Of a stretch of DNA of 17,445 bases, positions 1 to 8,395 are shown piece after piece. Made by a program: the position numbers and the translations under genes. The notes below the pieces were generated by a model. The model was not told where the DNA came from. It worked only from the letters and a program-made list of their open reading frames with translations, and searched no databases. Position 1 is the stretch's first letter, and each line of letters starts with the position of its first letter. The stretch is from NCBI GenBank assembly GCA_048939245.1, contig JBHLPR010000048.1, forward strand, positions 1 through 17,445, in the 5' to 3' direction. The stretch comes from Promethearchaeota archaeon (GTDB lineage Archaea > Asgardarchaeota > Hermodarchaeia > Hermodarchaeales > Hermodarchaeaceae).

Positions 1-991
1 CGTTTTGTATCTGCGACAATGCCTGATTGGGCTTCAAGGATTTGTGTACTCTCCTGCAGTGCAACAGCAAGCGCCACTAATTCTCCTTTCAAAGTCATAA
101 GGGCTACCAAATCACCTGGCCTAATATCATCATGAAGCTTCAAGACACCCGTCACCGCAAGATTTGCACCATGGCAGATTGCATCAATCGCGGTATCTCG
201 AATAACTATCTGCGGTAGATGCTGAACCCCCTCCTCTAATGGACGGATATATAGACGAAGCATTCGATCATTCTGTTCTTCCTTCCAAAAGTGGTAGGCA
301 TCAATTACATCATGGAGTGTAGCTAAAGTAGTATCCTCTTTGAAAGGCCCCGTACGCGTTCGACGCAGCTCTGCCATATGAGCCCCGCCTCCAAGAACCT
401 CACCAAGATCGAAGACTAATTTCCGTACATAGGTGCCAGCCTGACAGCCTACCCGAAAGAGAACATTCTGTTCGTCGATTTCAAGAATATCGAGATAGTA
501 GATTTTTCGAGTACGCACCCGGCGTTTTACCGAGGACCGTACTGGAGGGCGTTGATAAATGGTCCCGACAAATTCCGCAGTGGCAGCATGAATTTTCTTA
601 GGTGTTTCTTGTTGGTGTAGTCGCATGATACAGACGTATTCTTTTCCTGATGTCAAAAGGGCATTAGCAATTTTTGTGGCATTCCCGAGCATGACCGGCA
701 GGACACCTGTCACTTTAGGATCCAGCGTCCCAGAATGTCCTGCCCGGTCCAGCTTTAGAATTCGCTTTACCCAAGATACTACTTCATGGCTGGTCGGTCC
801 GGGGGGCTTTTCCGGGTTTGAAAAAGGCTGAACGCCCCTTAAACCAAACTATCCAGATTGATGATTCCATCCTGAAATAATTCGGGGATGGATCGTTCTT
901 TAGGGACTCGACCATAAGCCGGATTCGTGGTATCCTCGGCGCGAATTATCCATTTCCGCTGCTTATCGGCAGGTAACTGCGACTTTGTCAG
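1..991 (-). CDS. cbf5: H/ACA RNA-guided pseudouridine synthase Cbf5 (TruB family with PUA domain). Two exons (991-851 and 809-<1); the 3' end runs off the window.
   Basis: Manual translation. Exon 1: (L/M)TKSQLPADKQRKWIIRAEDTTNPAYGRVPKERSIPELFQDGIINLD. Exon 2: KPPGPTSHEVVSWVKRILKLDRAGHSGTLDPKVTGVLP...KEYVCIMRLH...IYQRPPVRSSVKRR...CQAGTYVRKL...HMAELRRTRTGPF...DTAIDAICHGANL...TLKGELVAL, open to the window edge. GAGGAGG Shine-Dalgarno (SD) at 1007-1001 precedes CTG at 991. The gene is absent from the ORF track. Confidence 0.95.
810..850 (-). other. 41-nt archaeal bulge-helix-bulge (BHB-type) intron in cbf5 pre-mRNA
   Basis: Minus-strand sequence: CTGG AT|A GTTTG GTTT AAGGGGC GTTCA GCCTTTT T CAAAC CCGG AA|A AG. 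The central helix is CUGG/CCGG, the 3-nt bulges are AUA and AAA, and the intron stem is GUUUG/CAAAC with an inner 7-bp hairpin. Cutting after the second nucleotide of each bulge joins GAT to AAG in frame. The unspliced RNA has an in-frame TAA at 841-839. Confidence 0.88.
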
Positions 992-1039
992 ATCTGAAGT
1001 CCTCCTCAGTTCCTTAAATAGGAGTGATTATTACTTCTA

Positions 1040-1306
1040 TTATTTCTCTTTCATAAAGGGAGTGAGTTTTGCTTCTTTGATGGCTTTCACGATAGCGGGA
1101 TCTTCTGCCCCCGCCTTAATGTTGATTTTCTTTGTGGTCGGATTCAAATGGTCAACATTTGAACGTCGACGCCTGACGCTACTCACTTCTTGGGGTCCAG
1201 AAATAACGACGAAGTTCTTATCCACGCGTTCAACAACAACACATTTTTTTCCGGCCTCTCGACCGTGTGTTTTCACACAAATTCTTCCAACTTCAACTAA
1301 ACTCAT
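1040..1306 (-). CDS. rpl14e: 50S ribosomal protein L14e
   Basis: EVGRICVKTHGREAGKKCVVV...VRRRRSNVDHLNPT; usual position between cmk and cbf5; GGAGGT SD. Confidence 0.95.
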   Translation of the reverse strand: MSLVEVGRICVKTHGREAGKKCVVVERVDKNFVVISGPQEVSSVRRRRSNVDHLNPTTKKINIKAGAEDPAIVKAIKEAKLTPFMKEK

Positions 1307-1359
1307 GGAAATTCAACCTCCACCGGTTGACGGTCAGCTGGTGTGTCGCCACTCCAGCC

Positions 1360-1914
1360 TCATTCGGATGTCGTCCCGGAGGACGTAAGATACGCCTTTA
1401 CCACTGCAATACATATATTTATCGTAGCAACTGCGTTGAACCCGTCGGTATTCAATACGATATCGAAAAGGCGTGTATCTGTGACATCAATGCCATAGAA
1501 TTCTCGGAACCGGGATAATTCACTTTGCTCACGGATTTGGGTTTCTTTCAAAATTTCTTCATAGTTCCGCGATTCCCGGTTAGCAATACGCAGAGCCCGG
1601 ACTTCTAGGGGTGCACGAAGATAGAATGTCAAGTCTGCTTGTCGGCGCACCACCCAGCCAGCGATGTAGGCGTCTATAACTACATTACCACGTTCAGCTT
1701 CTTTCTGTGTGCGATTATCGATTTCTTGGTCGATTTGTCGATTTTCTTCAGCAATCTTGCTGAGTTCGGTTAAGGTGATGCCTCGTTCTTCCGCTAGCTG
1801 GCGGAAAATCATTCCTGCCGACACGTAGCGGAGATTGAACGCCTTAGCTAGCCCTTGAGCGACAGTGGTAGTACCTGCTCCGTGTAACCCGCTGACCGCG
1901 ATTGTCAAGCCCAT
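1360..1914 (-). CDS. cmk: Cytidylate kinase (archaeal type)
   Basis: P-loop-like IAVSGLHGAGTTT, VSAGMIFRQLAEERG, APLEVRALRIANRE, FYGIDVTD; conserved synteny. Confidence 0.93.
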   Translation of the reverse strand: MGLTIAVSGLHGAGTTTVAQGLAKAFNLRYVSAGMIFRQLAEERGITLTELSKIAEENRQIDQEIDNRTQKEAERGNVVIDAYIAGWVVRRQADLTFYLRAPLEVRALRIANRESRNYEEILKETQIREQSELSRFREFYGIDVTDTRLFDIVLNTDGFNAVATINICIAVVKAYLTSSGTTSE

Positions 1915-1936
1915 GGCATCACACGCGCATTTTTCA

Positions 1937-2587
1937 TTAATAGCCGGTGGTCATGGAGGTACCCAAGAATTTCTGGATAACCATATTCATGGTAAAGCTA
2001 CAGATGATGTACCAATAAATGTAGAAGAGACCCATTCCACCTAAAGGTACACCGGGATAATATAGTCCAGTAGTAATCCATTGACCATACTGCCATCCAA
2101 ACCCCAGACCAAAACTACCTAAAATTTGTGCAAAGTTGACCGGGGACCAGATAACCGGGGCTGGAACTGGATCCGGAGGAAACGCAACACCCGGGTCAAT
2201 AAAAACACCATTCATAGTCGTATAAACTAGAATGAAAGGAATAATGGTAATCATCATGGGAAGAAAGGACTGCTTACTCACATCCCCTTGCAGTTTCACG
2301 ATGTATCGTTCACGGCGTTTAATTTTTAGTTCCAGTTTTCGTTTGGCTTTTGGATTGGTTTCCTCTCTGACCTTTTTTTTCATTTCATTGTATTTGTTAA
2401 TTTCTTCACGGGAGCGTTTCAGCCGATCGTAATCAATGAAATGTCGATTCACTAGGTTTGAGATCAAAGAGATAATAATACTAATTATCATCACAACGAT
2501 TGCGGACAAAGGGGGAAACGCCCACGGTCCTAGTGCCGCTCGAATGGCTACGGCAATATCAACAAGAATATTCTGCACGGTTATCAC
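1937..2587 (-). CDS. DUF106 membrane protein (Oxa1 superfamily, EMC3/TMCO1-like insertase)
   Basis: TM1, a basic coiled coil, TM2 (SFLPMMITIIPFILV) and a C-terminal FYIYWYIICSF motif; sits directly after adk with a GTGA overlap. Confidence 0.88.
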   Translation of the reverse strand: MITVQNILVDIAVAIRAALGPWAFPPLSAIVVMIISIIISLISNLVNRHFIDYDRLKRSREEINKYNEMKKKVREETNPKAKRKLELKIKRRERYIVKLQGDVSKQSFLPMMITIIPFILVYTTMNGVFIDPGVAFPPDPVPAPVIWSPVNFAQILGSFGLGFGWQYGQWITTGLYYPGVPLGGMGLFYIYWYIICSFTMNMVIQKFLGTSMTTGY

Positions 2588-3171
2588 ACTTTCAACAGTA
2601 ACTTAGCAAAGGCAGTTGCGGCTTCCTCTGCTTTACCCTCTACATTCTTAAGAATCAGTACGGTTGCACCGGTTAGTGTCCCCACCGCCACTGCTGCTGA
2701 GCGACAGAGCAATTGATGGGCAGCAATATTATCCACTAATTGTTCATCCCGTGTCCGTGTCGGATCTTTTGCCCGTCGAGAAGCAATATTGGCAGGATCC
2801 GCTTCCACCAAGACAATTGAGGCTGGGCGAATCGCTTCTGCTACCCACTTCGGAAGGCCAATTAAAAAGCCTCCATCCGCGGTTTGAATCAATGTATGCG
2901 TGTCTACGATAACGACTTGCGTTTTACTCATTGCTGCGATACGTTCACCTGCCAGCTTCTGTACTTCGCGTTGCTTTTTAACGGGAAGCCGGCGGAGCTC
3001 GTCACGATTCTCTACAAGCCGTTTCTTTTGGGCGATTTCAAACATCACTGAACCATAGGTAATCAATGACACGTTGAGACGATCTTCAACCATACGAATT
3101 GCATCTGTCACCACCGTGGTTTTTCCGACACCAGGGACACCACTGACCACAACGACCTTACGCACTTGCAA
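2584..3171 (-). CDS. adk: Adenylate kinase (archaeal type)
   Basis: VVVSGVPGVGKTTV, YGSVMFE, RDELRRL, IVDTH, GLP, RRAKDPTRTRD. Start moved to TTG at 3171 behind GGAGGT; GTG at 3165 is an alternative. Confidence 0.95.
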   Translation of the reverse strand: MQVRKVVVVSGVPGVGKTTVVTDAIRMVEDRLNVSLITYGSVMFEIAQKKRLVENRDELRRLPVKKQREVQKLAGERIAAMSKTQVVIVDTHTLIQTADGGFLIGLPKWVAEAIRPASIVLVEADPANIASRRAKDPTRTRDEQLVDNIAAHQLLCRSAAVAVGTLTGATVLILKNVEGKAEEAATAFAKLLLKV

Positions 3172-3262
3172 TGGGTTAACCTCCACTGAAATACTGGCAC
3201 AGTTCACTGTCTTAACCTTAAGAGCTTTTCGAGCGCACAATCGAAAGCCTAATGTCCACAGG

Positions 3263-4813
3263 TTATTCGACACCCAACAGGCCACGCATCATCGGATGCA
3301 TCTCACCTAACTGCTCCTTCGCTAAGATCTCGAAATACTGCCGCATAATGCCGACGGATAGTAATATCCCTATGCCGGTGGTGAGGGCGCCGAGAAAGTC
3401 AGCGAAGGCGGCGAGGGCGCCGACAATGATTCCACCGAGGATGGCCACGGTGGGGATGTAGCGGTTGAGGATTTTTTCGATAACTTGGGGTGATCGGCGG
3501 AAGCCGGGGACTTGCATGCCAGCGCCGATGAGTTGTCGGGAGACGTCACGGGGTGAGATACCGGAGACATCGATCCAAAGGCGAGCGAAGGCAGCACAGA
3601 AGACCATGAGGAGTACAGCATAACCGATGGCTCTGACCCAGCCTATGGGAGCTCCCCCAGGGAGTGTCTCGAATAAGGAAAGGATGCCGATGGGGGGAGT
3701 GAGGAACCAGACGAAGGTGAGTGGTTCGGGGACAAGATAGTTGCCTCCACCTTCAGGAACGGCATATCGGGCGAAGATACCAAACCAGAAGTTACCTTGG
3801 AGGGCAGGAAGTTGTACCCAGAGGATTTGGGTAATGAAAAGAATATTCGCATAGAGGGCTTGGGTGAAGATTACCGGGATGTTCGAGACATAGAGAAGTT
3901 TAATGGGGTACTGTCCCCGGAAGCCACGGTAGCGGGCATATTGGAGAGGAATATTGACACGGTAGGATTCCATGAAGATAACGAGGACGAAGGTCATGAA
4001 TGTGGTAAAGAGTCCGAGCATGCTGGCTCTGGGATTTTGTGGTCTAAACCAGATGGTCACGGGGTCGGCGATGAAGCCTGTTTCATCCAGTGGATTGTAG
4101 ATTACACTTGGATCCCAGCCGTTAGCAGACCAACCACCTAGGTTTTGTAAGATAAAGGGGACGATGCCTTGATAGCCAATGGGAGCAGTGGGAATATCTC
4201 TGGTTTGGGCAAAAGAGATGGAGAACATGCCCCAGAGGATTTGGGTGCAGACGTTGGCCATGATAAAGAGGCTGACCCCGCTACCTAGACCCCACCCTTT
4301 CTGGATGGTTTCATCCATCATAATTACTACAATGCCTGCAAACATGAGTTGAATGAAGACGAGGATTGCGCCACCGTAGTCGAGCTGACTGGGAACCTGT
4401 CCGTAAGCACCGGCAAAGATGTAAGCGAAGGCTTGAAAGGCTGTCATAAATACAGCGAGAACCTTCTGGGCACCCGTATAGAGCGAACGCTGATAGGGAT
4501 CAGACATATCGACGCGGATGAGTTGGGAGCCGACGAGGAGCTGCATGATGAGGCCGGCAGTGACGATTGGGCCGATGCCGAGTTCCATGAGAGTGCCCCG
4601 TGAGGAGGCGAGGATGGTGCGGAGCCAGAAGAAGTAGTCAAAGCCTAAGTCTTGGTTAATGCCATAGAGGGGCAGGCTAGCCATGAGGAGGTACAAAACA
4701 AGGATTACTGCGGTCCAGATGAGTTTTTCACGGAAAGAGACCTTGCGGTCGGGTGCCTTGACCTCTGGCATGACGCGAATTATTGGACGTAGTGCGTTGA
4801 GAAACCGACTCAT
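3263..4813 (-). CDS. secY: Preprotein translocase subunit SecY/Sec61-alpha
   Basis: EKLIWT...LPLYG, GTLMELGIGPIVTAGLIMQLL, KGWGLGSGVSLFI, YPIKLLYVSNIP, GIGILLSV; follows rpl15. Confidence 0.98.
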   Translation of the reverse strand: MSRFLNALRPIIRVMPEVKAPDRKVSFREKLIWTAVILVLYLLMASLPLYGINQDLGFDYFFWLRTILASSRGTLMELGIGPIVTAGLIMQLLVGSQLIRVDMSDPYQRSLYTGAQKVLAVFMTAFQAFAYIFAGAYGQVPSQLDYGGAILVFIQLMFAGIVVIMMDETIQKGWGLGSGVSLFIMANVCTQILWGMFSISFAQTRDIPTAPIGYQGIVPFILQNLGGWSANGWDPSVIYNPLDETGFIADPVTIWFRPQNPRASMLGLFTTFMTFVLVIFMESYRVNIPLQYARYRGFRGQYPIKLLYVSNIPVIFTQALYANILFITQILWVQLPALQGNFWFGIFARYAVPEGGGNYLVPEPLTFVWFLTPPIGILSLFETLPGGAPIGWVRAIGYAVLLMVFCAAFARLWIDVSGISPRDVSRQLIGAGMQVPGFRRSPQVIEKILNRYIPTVAILGGIIVGALAAFADFLGALTTGIGILLSVGIMRQYFEILAKEQLGEMHPMMRGLLGVE

Positions 4814-4901
4814 GCCGTTTGCCCCAAACTATTCCGTGTTTTCAGTATATCCGTTTCGAGATTGAATTGCGGAAGGTCTTGCTGTTTAATTATGTTTTGG
4901 T

Positions 4902-5570
4902 TCAGGTCTTTGCTTTTCCTTTTGTAGCTGTCGCTCGTTTCGGTTTTTTCTTTGCCTTCGATGCAGTTTTTTTCTTCGTAGTGGTCTTTTTCTTTGTAAC
5001 CTTTTTCGTGGGTTTAGCTTTGGCAGATGTTTTTCGTTTCGTTTTCGTTTTAGGAGCCCGTTTTGGTTTGCTTTTAGGAGCAGCTTTGGGTGCCTCTTTC
5101 AATGAAGGCGCAAGGTGTTTGGTTGGCTCCTGAACCGTGCCTTTAATTTTTCCTCCAGCCGCTTTAATTTTCTCCGCAGCGCGGTGGGTGAAAAGGGGAG
5201 CTGAAATTGTGATGGGCACGGAAATCTGTCCTGTCCCGAGCACCTTATCATAACCATGTGCAGCTAAATCAATCGTGAGCGGTGTGCCCTTTGCAGGAGC
5301 TTGACCCTCTGTAAATCGTGGAAGGTTCCGTGCGATGTCACCTACATTAATTGTGGCATGGTCTTGCCGGAGTTTGCTATGGCGATGAAACCCGTGTTTT
5401 CCGAACCGCTCGGGATCGTGAGCCGTGACATAGGTCCAATCATGTTTTTTGCCACCGGTTTTACCTTTACCCCCGCGTTGACCACCTTTGCGGTGTTGAC
5501 CAATTCGGCCATACCCGTGGGTACGACCGCCGCGCAGGCGACGAACCCGTTTATCTTTGCGTACTGACAT
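4902..5570 (-). CDS. rpl15: 50S ribosomal protein L15 (uL15) with a Lys/Ala/Thr-rich C-terminal tail of about 80 aa
   Basis: RRLRGGRTHGYG..HRKGGQRGGKG, FGKHGF, INVG, GYDKVLGTG, AAEKIKAAGG. Start probably ATG at 5570 (5576 also possible). Confidence 0.95.
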   Translation of the reverse strand: MSVRKDKRVRRLRGGRTHGYGRIGQHRKGGQRGGKGKTGGKKHDWTYVTAHDPERFGKHGFHRHSKLRQDHATINVGDIARNLPRFTEGQAPAKGTPLTIDLAAHGYDKVLGTGQISVPITISAPLFTHRAAEKIKAAGGKIKGTVQEPTKHLAPSLKEAPKAAPKSKPKRAPKTKTKRKTSAKAKPTKKVTKKKTTTKKKTASKAKKKPKRATATKGKAKT

Positions 5571-5590
5571 ATTCATCTTCTCCAAATTTC

Positions 5591-6130
5591 TTAGCGTTTC
5601 TGAAGTTGGATCTCCAAGATGCCATTATTATAACTGGTCTTAGCTGATTGCATATCAACTGGAACCGGCAGATCAATGTCTTTGGCATATTGTCGTTTGG
5701 TGGATTCAACCTGAATCGTGACTTTATAATCAGTGACTTTGACATTAATTTCGTTTCGTTTCACACCGGGTAACTCGGCAATGATAATGACCTTGTTATC
5801 TTCTTCCATTACATCGATGAGGGGTTCACGTTTTTCTCGCACTACTGGCGGGGCTCCATCTGGGTTGAGGTTGCCGAAGGGGTTCAAGCGCATCTTGCCA
5901 TCAGACCCGATACCTGCTGAGAAACCCCAGACCATGGGATTCTTTTGCAATTGCTTAATGATTTCTTCAAGTTGATGTTGTGCATCGGGTCCAAACATGT
6001 CTTCGGGATTAACATCAGAGAACATTTTCATGATTTCTTCAAACATTCGTTGGATGGCTTCAAATTGAGCATCGGTGGATTCATCATCCCACCAGCGTTT
6101 GCGTTTCCGTCGATCATCTTCTTCTGGCAT
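5591..6130 (-). CDS. hsp20: Archaeal small heat shock protein (Hsp20/alpha-crystallin family)
   Basis: VWGFSAGIGSDGKMRLNPFGN, REPLIDVME, IIAELPGVKRNEI, AKTSYNNGILEIQL. Confidence 0.93.
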   Translation of the reverse strand: MPEEDDRRKRKRWWDDESTDAQFEAIQRMFEEIMKMFSDVNPEDMFGPDAQHQLEEIIKQLQKNPMVWGFSAGIGSDGKMRLNPFGNLNPDGAPPVVREKREPLIDVMEEDNKVIIIAELPGVKRNEINVKVTDYKVTIQVESTKRQYAKDIDLPVPVDMQSAKTSYNNGILEIQLQKR

Positions 6131-6162
6131 TGTTAATCATTCCTAGTTTCGCATCATTCCTC

Positions 6163-6657
6163 TTATGACATTCGTTTGAGGAGGGCGTTAATTTCTGCGC
6201 CGCGATAACCTAATTCACCCTTTTGTTGGATAGTTCGCTTAAGACTTCCACGGAAACCTTTCGAAGGGGGGCGAAGCCGAAAGACTTTCTTTAGTTTGGG
6301 TAAAGCAAGAGCTTCTTCCTTCTGAGCCACGAGAGCCTCAGCATATTCATCGATGGTTTTGTATTTGGAGTGCTTAGCCACATATTCATCCGTGACTGAT
6401 TTATCTCCAATAAGACGCCCTCGTTTTCGTAAAAGACGTGACAAGGTGGGGGCATCAATTTCGCCCCAGGTGATAGCGTCCTTTGCTTTCTGAAACATCC
6501 CCAGATAGGTTGGACGTTTATCCAGAACCACCGCATGATTCACCCGAGAGAGGCTTAATGTCAATAGGGTGTCTTTTGCTTCTTGGCGTAGCCCAATACT
6601 ACTGCGTAATCGGATGACAGCCACCAGTTCTGGTTTGGATTGGGGTTCTTTTGACAT
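6163..6657 (-). CDS. rpl30: 50S ribosomal protein L30 (uL30, long archaeal form)
   Basis: AVIRLR, DTLLTLSL, ITWGEID, VFRLRPPSKGF, GELGYRGAEINALLKRM. Start at 6657 or 6666. Confidence 0.96.
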   Translation of the reverse strand: MSKEPQSKPELVAVIRLRSSIGLRQEAKDTLLTLSLSRVNHAVVLDKRPTYLGMFQKAKDAITWGEIDAPTLSRLLRKRGRLIGDKSVTDEYVAKHSKYKTIDEYAEALVAQKEEALALPKLKKVFRLRPPSKGFRGSLKRTIQQKGELGYRGAEINALLKRMS

Positions 6658-6658
6658 C

Positions 6659-7321
6659 TTATTCATCTCTCCGTGTCCAATCTTGGGGGGTCATAATTTG
6701 ATTGGTTTTTTTCAGCGCATTAAAGACCGATTGCGCAAAGTTGAGAGTAGTTCGTGTATGACCGCGTGTTCGTGACCAGACATCATGGATGCCCGCTAGC
6801 CGTAAGACGACTTTGATCGTATCTGCCGTGACGAGACCAACGCCCTTTGGGGCAGGAAGAAGGCGGATTCGAACACTTCCAGTTTTGCCATTGACTTCAA
6901 AGGGAACTGAGTGGGGATCCTGGCAGCCGCATTCCCAACTTCCACAGCCACGACGAACTGAGATAAGATTCAGTTTTGCTCGCAGGATAGCTTTGCGGAT
7001 AGCGGGTCCGATTTCGGGGGCCTTGCTTTCACCAATTCCTACAAACCCATTTTCGTTGCCAACGATTACTGTAGCTTTGAACCGTGATTTTTCTCCTGCA
7101 TCGGTCTGTTTCTGAACCAGATTAATATCAATGACCTCTTCTTGAAGGTCAGGGAGCAAGACATCAATGATTTCAGGTTCTTTGATTGGTAAGGCTAGCT
7201 GGAATAAATCCTCCAAAGAAGTAATTTCGCCAGCCTTAACTTGGCGTCCGACCGTCGTGACCGGTTCCCATTCTTCAATATTAAATTGGCGTGGACGTCT
7301 TTGTCGACTTGATTGACTCAT
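6659..7321 (-). CDS. rps5: 30S ribosomal protein S5 (uS5)
   Basis: [44 protein letters not shown]. Confidence 0.98.
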   Translation of the reverse strand: MSQSSRQRRPRQFNIEEWEPVTTVGRQVKAGEITSLEDLFQLALPIKEPEIIDVLLPDLQEEVIDINLVQKQTDAGEKSRFKATVIVGNENGFVGIGESKAPEIGPAIRKAILRAKLNLISVRRGCGSWECGCQDPHSVPFEVNGKTGSVRIRLLPAPKGVGLVTADTIKVVLRLAGIHDVWSRTRGHTRTTLNFAQSVFNALKKTNQIMTPQDWTRRDE

Positions 7322-7926
7322 TTTGTTGACCTCCCACTTTTGAATTTGGCTTCGATATTCTTCTTTGTTGCATCATACATGCTGGGAAGTTGGGTAAGAT
7401 CGACGCGGCCCTTGGACACTTTTCCAAACTGCCGTTGGAAGGAGGAGGGCTGGTTTTTGCTCAAATCCTTGGCATAACCTGAGATGTGTTCGCCTTTGAT
7501 ACGCTTTTCTGTTGGAAACATCTTGTCAGAACAAGGGATTGAAAGCCCTGCGTCGATAGCGCCTTTGACTGCGGAGAAGATTCGTGACCCGGGAATCGGT
7601 TGAATTAAGCCTATATCAGCGATTGCGTCAGTAATTCCTGACTGGATTGCCCGTTGACCTGCTAGGAAGCCGGTGAGATAGGCTGCGGGGATATTTTTGA
7701 CTCCCGCTTTCCAGCCAAACTGGTCAAGTTGTCGCGAATCAGCAACTGCGATAGCTAGATCGCCTTCTGGTAATGCGTCCATAATCTGGACAATGATTCG
7801 TGTTCCGGTTTTTCGAACGACTAACCGTGGTCGACCAGAGTGTACCATTCGGCGTCGTGCAAGGTAATCGGTTTTACTTTCACGACGTCGCCGGAAGGGA
7901 ACTTTGTAGCGTGGTCCATGTGCCAT
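7318..7926 (-). CDS. rpl18: 50S ribosomal protein L18 (uL18)
   Basis: [42 protein letters not shown]. Confidence 0.98.
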   Translation of the reverse strand: MAHGPRYKVPFRRRRESKTDYLARRRMVHSGRPRLVVRKTGTRIIVQIMDALPEGDLAIAVADSRQLDQFGWKAGVKNIPAAYLTGFLAGQRAIQSGITDAIADIGLIQPIPGSRIFSAVKGAIDAGLSIPCSDKMFPTEKRIKGEHISGYAKDLSKNQPSSFQRQFGKVSKGRVDLTQLPSMYDATKKNIEAKFKSGRSTK

Positions 7927-7930
7927 TTCT

Positions 7931-8380
7931 TTATCGCCTCTTCATTTTGTGTTCTTTGATGTACATGTCGACTCGTCGAATGGATGTGAATACACCACCT
8001 TTCGCGAGCCTGTATAAGCGTCGATAATCCCGGGGCTTGATAATTCGTCGAGCTCGAAGTTTCTTGAGGTGTCGACGGATTGCACGAATTTTAATCATCC
8101 AGCGTTCCTTTGACGAGAGTTTAGCTGTGTATTTGCCCTTTCGACTCCCCGGTCCTGAGCGAAGGCCTCGTTTCTGTTTTTCATGCACCGCTTTAGCGCG
8201 ACCGCGACTCACTCCTTTAATCGGGACCTTCTGAATAGCACCTTCATGAATTAATCGGCGGATATCATCCCGGCGAATCGCTAACGCTACATCGTCTAGT
8301 CGATCAGGGTCGATCCAAATGCGGTTTTCGCCGACTTTTAGGATGCGGGCAGCCAATTTTCGTTGGGGATTTACATTCAT
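7931..8380 (-). CDS. rpl19e: 50S ribosomal protein L19e
   Basis: QRKLAARILKVGENRIWIDP, GPGSRKG, WMIKIRAIRR, YRRLYRLAKGG. ATG at 8380 behind AGGTGA. Confidence 0.97.
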   Translation of the reverse strand: MNVNPQRKLAARILKVGENRIWIDPDRLDDVALAIRRDDIRRLIHEGAIQKVPIKGVSRGRAKAVHEKQKRGLRSGPGSRKGKYTAKLSSKERWMIKIRAIRRHLKKLRARRIIKPRDYRRLYRLAKGGVFTSIRRVDMYIKEHKMKRR

Positions 8381-8395
8381 GGTTTTACTCACCTG

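Noticed and set aside
1-991. cbf5 as a frameshifted pseudogene or a split gene
   Set aside because: Both parts are intact with all motifs, and BHB-guided removal of 41 nt restores the frame exactly.
625-1518. Plus-strand ORFs 625-831, 927-1388 and 1267-1518
   Set aside because: They are antisense to cbf5, rpl14e and cmk, with no recognisable motifs.
3172-3285. 38-aa N-terminal extension of adk in the ORF track
   Set aside because: It overlaps the secY end, and an SD-supported TTG at 3171 matches the normal adk length. A weak BRE/TATA-like CGAAAAGCTCTTAAG in this spacer was too degenerate to call.
3263-4813. Stronger C-ending codon bias in secY than in its neighbours, as a sign of horizontal transfer
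   Set aside because: Judged by eye only. It can be explained by hydrophobic composition and expression bias, and synteny is normal.
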